Positions 1 to 12,010 of a stretch of 64,000 nt of DNA are shown here, in pieces. A program made the position numbers and the translations under genes. Source of the DNA: Cyanophora paradoxa CCMP329 (Eukaryota; Plantae; Glaucophyta); contig QPMI01000437.1 of NCBI GenBank assembly GCA_004431415.1, forward strand, positions 124,001-188,000, read 5' to 3'. The notes below the pieces were generated by a model. It was given only the letters and a program-made list of their open reading frames with translations, had not been told where the DNA came from and did no database searches. The number at the start of each line of letters is the position of its first letter. The first letter of the stretch is position 1.

Positions 1-3000
1 AGTGCACGCCTGCAGCGCCTCGTCGGGCGTGCGGGGGTTCGCGGTGCGCATGCCCCACGCCGCCGCGTCCTCCATCGCTGTGATGCCCCACACCTGCCCC
101 CGCCGCCGAGGGCGCCTCAAGCTCGGCGCTCGATCAGCTTCTTATTATATAACTGATATAACGCACTTCCTCGTCGAAGGCGGCGATCAGCGTCCGCCCG
201 CGCAGCCCCGGGTCCACCTCGGGGCCCTGAATGCGTGGCGCGCACCGCGCCGCCCCGCGTTGGATTCGGCGTAGCGGTTTCGAAAAGATCCCTTGGCCTG
301 GGCCTGAGAAGAGGTTTTCGCACCACCTTCAACGCTCCGGCCGGGAGGGGCGTGGCGCGAAACAGGAACGCGAAGGTGGAGCCGCAGCCTGCGGGCCCAA
401 ATTAAAGCAGGGCACAGGCGCTCAGAGCGGCAGCAGATCTAGAGCTCGACGCGCAGCTGGCGCCAGGCGCACGCACCGGGGGTGGACACGAGCTGCATGT
501 CGCCGCCGAGGGCGCGAGCGATGCCGCGGGAGATGAAGAGCCCCAGGCCCGTCCCTGCCCGCGATCGGAGTAATTCAGAGCTCGACGCGCCTTGCATTAC
601 ATCAAGATCGATATATATCTAGATCTAGCTATAGAGCTCGAGCCGCGAAATGACGCAAAACAAAAGACGAGCCGCGAAATGCCGCGAAAAAAGCCGCGAA
701 ATGCTGATCATGAGCACCGCGAATTGTGGGTCTAGCGATAGCTATAGGGCCGCCGGGCCGCGCAATAATTCATATTTGAGACTTCACGATATCGATATAA
801 TTAGATCCAGAGAGGGGTGCATCCGGAGCCGCCTCGCTAGATTATAGCCCAGTAGTAGTTGCTAGCTATATATAGTTTGGATCCGGAGCCGCCTCGCTCG
901 ATTAATTATATTGCGAGCGCGCACCGGGGTGCCGCCGGCTCTTGGTGTTGTCGAGCTGCGTGAAGAACTCGAAGAGACGCCGCTGGTCCGCCTCCCCGAT
1001 CCCGCACCCCCCGTCTGCGCGCGCGCGCGTCAAACCTACGTGAAAGGCAGATCTAAATTTCTATTTCAAAAGTGGACGTCGCATTGATACACCACGGCAC
1101 ATGTGTCAATGTTCTACGTGACGTGCCCTTCCGACCGATCAACTAGATAGCTGAAGGTGCTAGCTAGGTGAAAGGCAGATCTAAGGGTGGCGGTGCCGGC
1201 CGCGGCGGCGGCGGCAGAAATTAAAAGGCAGATCTAGAGACGGCGGGGACCATCTCTGCCGCCGGCGGCAGGCAGGCGGGCCGGGCGCGCAGGTGACGTC
1301 GACGCGGTAGAACATCTAGATCTAGATCTACAGCCTAGATCTAGAAATTGAAGCTAAAGGCAGATCTAGATCTGAAGGCAGGCCGGCCGGGCGTGCCGGT
1401 GACGTCGACGCGGTAGAGGGCGGTGCCGTCGGGGCCGGGGCGCCCCTCCGCGTCCACCTCCACCGTGATGCGCCCCCCCTCCGAGAACTTGGCAGAGTCT
1501 GGCCGGCATGACCGTGCCGGAAGTTAAACATTAGCGTCAACGCGATAATGAGAGCTTTGAATCAGCGGCTGAATATTTATTCAAAGGGCGCACTGCCGAC
1601 GAGGTTGATGAGGACCTGGCGGATGCGGGCGGGGTCCGACACGATGCAGCGCTGCAGATTCCGCCGGATCTGCACACGCGGCGCGGGCCGAGGGGCGTCG
1701 ATCACGAATCAAGACTCAACGGCAAAGCGCGAGGCGCGAGATGGGAGGGGCCGAAGAGGGGGAGGGGAGGGGGGGGGAGGCGCAGGGGAGGCGCGGGGGG
1801 AGGGGGAGGGGAAGGGGGGGGGTAAAGGGGGGAAGCTTAAGGGGAAAGGGGGAAGGGGGGGGTGGGGGGGGGCGCACGACGAACTGCAGGGCGATGTTCT
1901 TCTGGCCCGTCACCTGCCCGCGGGCCTGCCAGTGAGACCCTAGGCCTGCCACGGCCGGCCAGATCTAGATGACGATCTAGATCTAAAGTTCCGCGCACGC
2001 CGCCCTGGCAGCGGGCCGGGCGCACCGGCTTCTAGATCTAGATCTTCTGGATCTAGCTATAGAGGGCGCACCGGCTTCTAGATCTAGATCTTCTGGATCT
2101 AGCTATAGAGGGCGCACCGGCTTCTAGATCTAGATCTTCTGGATCTAGCTATAGAGTTCTAGATCTAAATTTTGTATCTAGCTATAGCTATATAGATTTA
2201 GATTCGAATTCGAATGCACCGGCCAGATGACGTCCATGACGTCCTCGATGCAGGCGCGGAGGCACATCGGCTCGGGCGAGATCCGCAGCCGCCCGCCCCG
2301 CTCCAGCGCCGACGCGTCCAGCACCTCGCTCACCAGGTCCACCAGCCTGCGCCCCGGCCCCAGCGGTAAGAAGGAAACGAGGGAACTGTACATGTACGTA
2401 TACATGTGCCCTCGCGGGTGTGGCGGAGGCGCTAGGCGTGCTTCCGTTCAGGGACCTAGTCCCCTCGTTTCCTTCCTACCGCTCACCAGTTCTACCAGCC
2501 TGCGCCCCAGCGCTATAGCGCGCGGCCATCGTCGACAGAGTTTAGATATTCAATTTAGTTATATATACGCCGGATCGGATCGGGCCGGGGCGCGGACGCT
2601 TGGCCAGAGGATTGAGCGACTTGGAGGTACTCGCGCTGCTCGGCGGAGAGGCCGGCGTCGTCCAGGAGCAGCCCGACGATCCCGATGATCTGAGGGAGCC
2701 ATCGCAAAATTAGGTTTAAACGCAAGAATCGCATGCGCATGCGCAAGTATCCCAAAAATCGAAGGATTCCAGATAAGAAACAGAGGGTTTCGAAGGATCT
2801 GATACCGATGCACGCGCACGCGCGCGTATACGTATACCATCACAGATTTAATCACAGATCTAGACGTATGCCTCACCGCCTGCATGGGCGTGCGGAGCTC
2901 GTGGGTGACAACTGCGCCGGGCTTTGAATCTCTTCGAATTCGGAAATTCAATAATTCGGGCGGGCCGGGCGGACCGGAGAGGAAGTCGGACTTGGCGCGG

Positions 3001-6000
3001 GCGGCCGCCCGCGCCTGCTCCACGAGCTCCGCCTGCGCCAGCGCGATCCCCGCCGCCTGCGCCGCAGCGATTAGCGCAAACGTTAACCAGAGTTCAAATT
3101 CGAATCGATATCCACCCTTATCTGATTAATATTAATGATAAGATTCCGACGTCTACTGAATCATGATCACTGCAGCTGCGCATGCAGCTGCAGATCTAGA
3201 TCTAGATCTCGCGCCTGGCAGACTCTCGACCAAAATCAAACCCCGTCCACCGAATCATGATTGTGATATCGATCACTCTGGATCTCGATCTCGATATCGA
3301 TATCGATCTCGCGCCTGGCAGACGTCCTCGAAGAGGGCGACGTCCCCCGGCGTCACGGGGTGGTTGGGCTCCTTCCAGTGCGCCGTCACGATCCCGTTAA
3401 CCTGAGCGCGCCCCGAGTTAGCACCGCAAAAGAACAGTTGGGTCCGGATCCGGAGAGGTCATCAGAGTCTCATCACAGAATCAGCACCGCACGCGCAGCT
3501 GCGCAGGCATATGCAGTCTATATGTGTGCGCCTTAACAATAGAGTCTCATGATCATCAGATTTAGAGAAGCTTGAATCAGGTTCAAGCTTAACGGCGTCA
3601 AGAACAAATTATTAATTATCGATATCATTTCGAATTTAATTTCAGATTCGCGCGCGCGCGCCTTGCCGCCGGCCCACGTGGGGCTGTGGAGGGCCGTGCG
3701 CATCTTCATCTTGTCCAGGAAGGCGACCACCGGGGCGCTCGCCAGCCCGTCGGGGCCGGGCGTCTCGCCCGCCCACCACTGCGCCTGCCGCAGGTCCGCG
3801 CAGTACGTCGGCCCCGTCAGCCGCATCGCGCTCTGCTCACGTCGACGTCAGTGATGATAACGATGACGAGCCCCGATCGCAACAACTACATATAAATAGC
3901 GAGCTCGAGCGCATCCGGGAATTCATGGCCGAAATCGAACGAATCCGGATCGGACCTGCACGCGGTCGTGAATCGGATCCAGCGCCTCGTGTGCATGCGT
4001 AGCATTAGGCGACGACGTCGTTCCGATGCCTTCGCCCACGGACGCCGCGATCTCGGAGACGCGCATCGCGCTCTTGTCGCTGGAGTCGAGGTCCGGCTCG
4101 AGAATTATGATGAAGGAGCTGTCCGCCCCGAGGGCCTCTCTCAGGCGATGGGCCGTCGAGTCTACGATCCTACGGAAGTGGAAATGAGACCTTGAGACCG
4201 CGAAATTTGCTCGCCGCGAAATTTAACTCAATCCGCACTTTCGCGGGTCGAGCGTGTTCCGAATTTCGGCGGAGATGGACCTGCGTGACCCAACGAACGA
4301 GCGACCGTCAGAGAGCCTGAGCAATCAAGCAAAGGACCATCAATCAAATCAAACAGGAGCCTGAGCAGTTTTGCGCGCGCGAGCTGCAACAGCAACAGCG
4401 TTGGCGGGGCACGTCGGCTCGAGAAACGATTTAAATTAAATGTGACCCACCTCTTCCTCCAGCCGCCGGTTCTTGTCCTCGAGGTCCGTGAGCAGCGAGT
4501 CGAGCCCGATCTGTGTATACGTATATTAAATTATCGAAATCGAAATCCAGATCTAGGTAACGCGAAACGCGTCTCGAATTCGAACCGAGTGGCCGAGGAG
4601 GTCGCAGACGGCGGAGAAGAGGCCCCTCTCGTGCGGGGACGGGTCCAGCGCGCGGCTCCACCCCATCGCCACGAGGCCCGTCACCTGCGATATCGACATA
4701 TATCGATGCGAAAACCGCGTCGATGCGTAAAAAGCACGCCTAGCGCCTCCGGATCCGCCACACCCGCGACGGATCTAAATCCCTCGTTTAATTTCATTCC
4801 TATAGCAAGCGCGCATGCGCACCTGGCCGTTCCACTCCGTCGCCTTCATGATGCACGCATTGAATCCCAGGGCCGCGACCTCCTTCTGCAACTGCTTGAA
4901 GGCCTCCTGCAGCAGCCTTGATCATGAGCGAAACTCGATCCTGGCCAAAGCGGCTGGCGGAGCTATATTATAATTACAGCCCACGCACGTCGTTCTCGTC
5001 GCGCGCCGGGCCGCCCGCGTCGACGTCCTCAACGAAGCGCATCCAGTCCCTCTCGAAGCGCACGACCCCGGGCCGGGCGAGCTGTGTCTGTCGGGAGCGT
5101 CGTACGCGTCGTTGGCACCGGCAGAGATTGCGCTGTACATGTGCTATATTACAAGGGGATCGTAAATATCATTCGCACTGCGATCCGGTGCTTCGCCGCG
5201 GGTGACCACGGCGGGGCGACTGTCTCGCGCACGTCGGACCAGTCTCGCATGCAACAAACCTGCTCCCGGAAAGGGAGGAAACATTCTCACAAAATAAATT
5301 AAATGGAGACGTGATCAGAAATTTAAAAGCGCACCTGCAGCTCAGCCTTCGTAGCGATGGCGTCGGCCGGGTTGCAGCGCCCCTGCCCGCACCTGAGGGC
5401 GGACACCATAACGCTGTCCGAGTCGAAGAGCTGCATGATGGGCCTCAGATTGGCTCTCGCCACGTCGCAAAATCGCAGTTCTCTGATCACGAAGAATAGC
5501 CTCAGACACCACGAAGAAGACGTTTCAGGGCTAAGGTATATAAGCGATCTACGCACGTCCGTATGGAGCGGGAGATGTCGCGAAGGACGGCCTCGCTCTT
5601 TAGCTGGCGCTCGAGCATCGCGGTGTGGCGCGCGTACTGCGTACGCGAAGGATCCAAATCCCAGTCGGCAGAAGAACAATGAAAGAACAAACGAAGCACC
5701 TCCTCTTCGAGCTCCTTGTTCTTGGCTTCGAGGTGTTTCATCAGGTTCTCCTGTCCTATCTGCAATTCAGGCTCTTAGGCTCTCAAATGCATGTACAGCC
5801 GCAGGGACGCATGCGCACCGCGTGTCCGATCTGATCATGATAGATGTCATGAGAGAGAGCGCGCGTCGACGTTGTTTCAGAGCACGCGCAAGGGACAGGA
5901 TCTAGAGCTAGAGCCATACAATTCAGGACGCAATGACAGATCTTAACTTTAAGTGTAGACAGAGCTTATAATTCTAGATCTGGACGCAATGCATATGGCA

Positions 6001-9000
6001 GATCTCAAATTTAATTTAGATCTGTACAGAGATGTTATTCTGGACGAAACGCGCGGGCGCGCGCGCCTGGTCGCAGACGGTCTCGAAGAAGGGCGACCTC
6101 GTGTGGGTCAATCTAGCTCTAGATCCTAATCTTAATCTTGGACCTAGTCAGAGCTCGGTTTCTAATTCTGGACGCGATGACAGATACCGATATCGAATTT
6201 ATATCTAGGCGTGTAAATAGTACTAGACGTGTAACTAATTCTGGACGCAATTACAGCGCGCCTGGTCGCAGACGGCCTCGAAGAGGGCGATCTCGTGGGG
6301 GTCGCGGTCGCGGAAGACTTCCCAACCCACCGCCAGGAACCCCGTCACCTGCGGCCGCGTCAAATCAATTTGCAAGCTGCGTTAAGCCCCGCAAAAGCGC
6401 TACGGCTGCTAAAATTGGATGCAAAAATGCATCTAGATAGATGTAAGCTAGGGCTGCTCAAATTCGATGTCACCTGCGGCCGCGTCAAGCCCCGCAAAAG
6501 CGACCTAATTTCACAAAGTTGCTCGAAGCTTAAGCCAGGCATGTTTGTTCAAGCTTTAGCGAATTACGGTTGCTCGAAACCAGACATGCCGCGTTCGCGA
6601 TCGCGGCGCCGGCGTCGATATATATATTCAAGGGAAGGCTGCTCGAAGCCAGAGATGTTGTTCAAGTTGTTTAATGCAGCGAACCTGATTGTTCCATTCC
6701 GTCGGCATGAATAGACCGCTCGCGAAACCCATCCCCCGAATCGTGTCTTGGTGCTCCCGGAAATCGTCCTGGAAATTCGAAAATTCGAATGGAAATTCGA
6801 CGCGATTCGAGAGGATTAGAAGTCAGGCTCGCTATCGCAATGCTCGGTGAAGTTACTCACGCTATCCTCCGGGAAGTCGAGATCGAGATCCGGGATCCAG
6901 CGGGTCCAGTCGCGCTCGGCGCGAACCTTTCCTCGGGTGGCAAACATTCTCTGCGCCCTCGTCATCGCGAGTCCAAACAGAAATTAAACCTCACGCGCGC
7001 GCGGCCGGACGTCGACGCGCCGCGAAACGCTTTCGAGCCGCGCGCGGATACGGAGGACACCAGGTCGTCCGGACTTCCTCCCAGCCCCGCTTCAACAGGA
7101 TCTGCTTAACGTGAATAAAGCATAACGTTAAAAGAACAGCGGGGCTGCCTGGTATGCATTTAATTTGCGTTGAAGCGAACCTGAAGTTCGTCCTCCGTGC
7201 CGATCTTGTCCGCGGCGCTTCGATCGCCCCCGGCGCGGAACGCGCTCACCAGGATGCTCTCGGAGTCGAACAGGGCCCGGATCGGCCCCGCGGATTCCCG
7301 TAGAATGCCCTGCAGGTCCAGCCGCGTCCGAATCGAGCGCGCCACGGAGCGGAGCAGCGCTTCGCTCTGCAGCTGCCGCTCGAGGAGCGCTCTCTGAAAT
7401 TTAAGCGGCGGTCACTTAACGCTGAAGACTAAATAAAGATCGGATGCCCACAAACCTGAGCCTCCAGCTCGCTGTTCTTGGCCCGTAGGTCTTTTAGCAA
7501 GTTCTCTTGTCCGATCTGCACATTCATAAGATTAATAACAATTATATAGAAATAAGAGAAACCATTCGGGGGAATTTAATTTGTCCATCCGTACCGCATG
7601 GCCGATCTGATGCAATCAATTACAACCAATAGGAAGGGAAATGCGTCGATAAATTCGAATCCGTACCTGATCGCAAATGCTCTCAAAAAGAGCGATTTCG
7701 TGTTGCGAGATTTCGTGATCGCCTCCCCAGGCTACCATCATGCAGCCCGTCACCTGTACATGTGCGAGGCGCGGTTTACACTGAATTCGAAAGACTTCGA
7801 CGTCGTGCATCAAATATATATATATTGAAGCCACGGACCATGCCGCCCCATTCCGTGGCGCGCGTCAAGCCGGACCTTATTCCGAGCTCGCCGTGGACCA
7901 CCGCCATCTCCTCCGACGCCGCCTGCGGCTGCGCATAAGAATGCGGCGTCCGAAAATTTCCAAGTAAAGTTCTTCTGAAAAATTTGCTTTTCCAAATAGA
8001 ACATGAACAATTCCAGTTCTATCATTTCTAAATTCAAGTTTTCCAGCTTTAAAATCGGGCGCGGGAGTGCGCGGACGGGATCGTCGACGTCGGCAGGACC
8101 GCCTGCGTCGAAGTCCGGAATGAACTGAGCCCAGTTCTGCCTGCAGTGCGTCCTTATAGGCTGATCGAACAAATGCTGCACATGCGAATCGATAAAACAA
8201 AGGCCGTCACAATCAGAAGGCTTTGCCATGCGTATGCATCAACGTTTATAATTACCTGCATACGATAGAGAATGGCGGGGAAGTGATGCGGAGGGGCGTC
8301 CTCAACTGTGTCTTTCCCGCGAAGTGCCACGCACTGCGCTCGCATACGCGAGCTTCGATAAATCGCGCATGCACAGGCTCGAACAATTAAATTTCGACGG
8401 AATTTGTTTGGCGCGCACTCTGATCTCCGACGGCGAGCCCAAGGTGGACGTCGGGTCGCCATCCCGCGTAAGCTCCGAGAAGTAGTTGATGCCAACCTGG
8501 TATGGGAAGCTTCAGACCTAGCATCTGTGTGGGCCGACCGATCGCGAGTCTTCCGCGGACCATGTCGGAGTCGAAGAGCTCCCGGATCCGGGGGGCGGTC
8601 TCCTTGAGCGTCTCCCTCACGCCGCGCTTGCTGTAATATAATGTGCGGCAGAAAGAACGCGTGCGCGCGTGAAAAGTAATTATATAATGCATATGATCAT
8701 GACATGGCGCACTCTCGCATGGCCCGCGCAATGTCTCGAAAGAGGACCTCCCGCTGTGCATTAATATTGCAGTTCGGAGTGCCGGCGAGCTCGAGCGAAT
8801 TCTGCAATTCGAGGGGCGGTCACAATCACGAATGCACAATTGATTGTAATTAATTTTAATGAGATCTAGAGCGATGCATACACATGTGGCTGCAACCTAG
8901 GCCTGCGCACCGCTAGCGCTTGCGGAACTGAGTGGCTCCCCTTGTCCGTATTCAACATCGATATCAAGCCGACGTCGATGTTTCCCGTCTGCGCCCCACA

Positions 9001-9916
9001 CGCATCCTCCAAAGCCAGCTTCACGCCCACTGTAGCACAGGGCGGCCGGGCTCAGTGATAGCGATTGAATTACGGCTTCACGCTCCATAGCGACTCCTGG
9101 AATATTAATGCCTAGTCCCGAAGGATCAAAACCAGCGTACCACACTCGACGAAAATTTTCAAGGACCGAGTCATCTCCTCGGAGATATACTGACCCGCGT
9201 CGACGTTCTTCCAGTGCACGGCGAGTAGCGCCCACGTCTGCAGCCACGCCCCCAAACGCCGCGATCAGCTCAGTATTAATTGATCAATCAAATCGGAGCG
9301 GCGCGCGCCACGTCGAACGCGCGACAGGGGAGCCACGCGCATGACCCGGCCTGCGTCTCGTGAAGAATTTCCTCCGCGCGCTCCGGCGAGACACCGCGGG
9401 CCACCAGTGCTGCAGGCACGTCGCGAATGACGCGAATCTCGATCCCGTCCCTGTTAATCTCCTCGAACTCCGCCCCGGGCGCGAGCTGGCGCAGCTCCGG
9501 CGGGTATACGTAGCCCGCCAGCTGCAGGTCGGCCCTACAAGAAGCATAAGCGATAGCAGAAACGAAGCCAAGCAGCCAGCAAGAGAAGCGGACGGCGATT
9601 CGAGAGGTAGGAGAAAAGTTCGGTCTGCGCGCGCGAAATCGATCCCTAGGCCTGGCGATTTCGCGACATCGAGCTCGCGTGCTTTAAATCTGCGCAGGTT
9701 CCGAAAATTGCGCGTCAGAGTAAAGAAAGAGAGAAATGAGAAACCAGAATGAGAAGCGCGGCGTCCCGCGCAGGCGCACCCGCGCGAAGATCCGTCTGCA
9801 GCGCCCACGCTATCGCTCTCGCTCGAATCGAATAAACGAAGTCCCAGCGCTGCAGCGGACGCTCGCAGGGACGCCCGGCGCTCCGCGCCGAGGTCTCGCG
9901 ATTTTGATTGCTGCAT
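1..9916 (-). CDS. Multi-exon hybrid sensor histidine kinase: 4 GAF-like repeats + HisKA + HATPase_c + receiver-like region (3' end beyond window)
   Basis: Hand-spliced minus-strand exons give H-box [19 protein letters not shown] (~2880-3000), N-box [15 protein letters not shown] (~1595-1650), G1/[16 protein letters not shown] (~925-1015), G2 [18 protein letters not shown] (~480-555), GSTFAF (~365-385) and a receiver-like [23 protein letters not shown] at the left edge. Upstream exons repeat GAF-like units ending HEIALFE(S/A)(I/V)CDQ. Start codon uncertain. Confidence 0.9.
2018..2156. repeat. Intronic tandem repeat, 3 x 46 bp
   Basis: Unit gggcgcaccggcttctagatctagatcttctggatctagctataga starts at 2018, 2064 and 2110. 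Confidence 0.95.
2362..2483. mobile_element. Foldback/MITE-like insertion in a kinase intron
   Basis: 26-bp inverted repeats (2362-2387 and 2458-2483, 24/26 match) enclose ccctcgcgggtgtggcggaggcgc..taggcgt..ccgttc..gggacc, which recurs at 61481-61629. Confidence 0.6.
8897..9283 (-). other. Foreign-looking ORF fragment inside a kinase intron (possible endogenous RNA-virus sequence)
   Basis: Uninterrupted reading frame of about 128 codons with many A/T-ending codons, unlike the flanking GC3-rich exons. Contains INT...(about 30 aa)...[10 protein letters not shown]. Confidence 0.35.
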
Positions 9917-11105
9917 GATCGAACGTCGAGGTCTCGAGATATATATCGATGCTGGTGCACGTACGTGCGCCCTCGCGCGTGCTATTTAGCGCTGCAGGTC
10001 GCTTTGCTGCCGGGGAGGGAGATCGCCCTAGCGAAGAAAGAGAGGAGAGAATTAATTTATATAGGATGCGCCTGAGGAGATCAAATTAAAAAGGACTCCG
10101 GGACTCGGGAGGAGGAGCTCGCTAGATCGAGGAACGGACCGCGGAAATTATTACCGGTACCGCGGCCGTCTGCTCAAATCAAAGCCCTATATAGCTATAG
10201 CTAGCTACTAGAGCCGCTGAGCCATAATAGCTTCCGCCTGCACGACCGACCGACGACCAATGTTTTTGCACCACTGACCCCGAGCGAAGGCGGCGAAGGC
10301 CGTCCCCGCCGGGCCGTGCATTTCGCCACTCCGACGCTCTAGGCGCCGGTCGCCGTCGTCGTTAACGTTCAACGGTTGCCACCCCGGCAACCACGGGCCC
10401 TGTTTCGGGTGCCCCCCCCCCCCCTCCGCCCCCCCCCTCCCCGGGGATGGCCAGCTTCCCCCCCCCCCCCCCCTCGGCCAGACGGCCGTCGTCTACAACG
10501 TGCCCCCCCTCCCCCCTCCCCCCCCCCCCCCCCTCCCCCGACCTGATAAAAGCGTCCCATTCTTTTTCGCAGGGGCCGGGGGCGGGGGCGGGCCCGCCCC
10601 GGGAGGCGGGCGGCGCGGAGGCCCCCCTTCCCTTCTCTCCGGGCCCCCTCCCACCCCTCCCCTCCTTTGTATGCGCCCCTCTTTTGTGCATGTGCTCTCT
10701 TTTGTGTGGGCCCCGCCCTCTAAAGCGCACTCAAGGATTATAATTTACAAGTACGCACGTTCCGATACAGATCTAGATATGGATCACTCAACTCTACTAG
10801 TACTCGACTCCAATATGCACTGCAGCTGGCGGCCGTGGCTCGCTGAGCTGCAAGGCTCGGCTGCAGCTGATCTGCACGTATACGCCCGGCCTGCTCGGCC
10901 TCCCAGTCTTCCACGCCGTAAACATCACGGCCTGCCACCCCGGGGCTCGCCGCAAGAGCCCCTCCTGAGACCGACGCGGCGGCGCTCCGGGTCCCAGGCT
11001 AACCCGTGATCTGTCCTCGTTGAAACTACAGGACGATGTGTTCGTCCCGCTGCTGCTGCTGCTGCTTGCTGAAACTGCACCTACTGTACGCCTGAAGGCG
11101 TCTAG

Positions 11106-11742
11106 CTAGCTGGAGCCCGCCAGGATGCCGATGAGCAGGGGCCCTATCAAGAAGTCGGCGTTCACCCACTGGTGGTACTTATCTGCGCGCGAGGTTAACC
11201 GGCCGGTCTCTAGCCGCGCGTAAACGGCAAAGGGCGCACTGAAGAGCCCTGTGCCGTCGCGGCCCGCGGCCTTCATCAGGATGTCCTTGCCTGCGCGTGC
11301 GCGTGCGTGAGCTCAAGAGGCGGAAGGGCGCTGTGGGCCGCGCGGGGCCATACGGACCGCCTGGATGGAAGTCCATGTACGGCGTGATGTTGTACACTTT
11401 GCCGCGGAACACCATCCACGCGTCGTCCTCCTTGTTGTGCAGGCGCACCTCCTCCATCGCAATCTTGCGCAGCACGCCGCCGTGCCCGGCGATGTTCGGT
11501 GTCGTTTGCATCGTTCTGACCCAGTCCATCTGAGAGCGGCCCGGCGGAAGGGGGATCTTCCCGCGCTTCGGGCCCGGCTGGTTCTGTGCTGTGTTGAAGA
11601 GAATCTGCGGCGCGCGCGGCGCCTCTGCGGGCTTGCTGCTGCTTCCGTCGACTCCTGTAACAAGCAGCGGCGCCGCCGGCGCTGGCGGAGGGGGCGGAGG
11701 CATCGCGGGCGGCGGCGCTGGCGCCCCGGCCTCGTCGCTCAT
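11106..11742 (-). CDS. Cytochrome b5-like heme-binding domain protein (RLF/Irc21/CYB5R4 N-terminal type), 3 exons
   Basis: [41 protein letters not shown] | [16 protein letters not shown] | KYHQWVN..LIGIL..stop. Both heme-ligand His motifs (HPGG and YH) are present. Confidence 0.92.
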
Positions 11743-12010
11743 GGCTGCTAGCTGTGCCTGCTGCCTTTTACCTGCCGCGCTGCGTCTGCGTCAAGGAGTC
11801 GATTGCGGTGCGCGGCGGATTTGCGTACCCAGTCATCAGCGCCATCCAGGACCAGCCAGGCAGGAGGAGCACGAGGAGGACGTCCAGCGCGTTGAGGAGC
11901 GAAGCCTGGAACCCTCCTTGCCCTCGGTACGCCTGGACACGGTTCCCGCCTCTCGCTCGTAGTCTCGCAGCCTTGCGGTTCCGGCGTCTCACGCTCGAAT
12001 GCAGGCAAGG

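Noticed and set aside
1040-1380. CRISPR-like repeat-spacer pattern
   Set aside because: The repeat is only 13 bp, spacer lengths are irregular, it lies in a eukaryotic intron, and there are no cas genes.
3000-9916. Calling the kinase a phytochrome
   Set aside because: No DIP or CH chromophore motifs and no PHY PRxSF tongue motif seen.
10364-10378. aacgttcaacggtt shared with ~41837 (Myb/MSA-like site)
   Set aside because: Too short and without a consistent position relative to gene starts.
10390-10730. Poly-C/G tracts as G-quadruplex or Pro/Gly-rich ORFs (also 1740-1870 and 23020-23400)
   Set aside because: Homopolymer-rich low-complexity sequence, possibly low-quality consensus; no coding signal.
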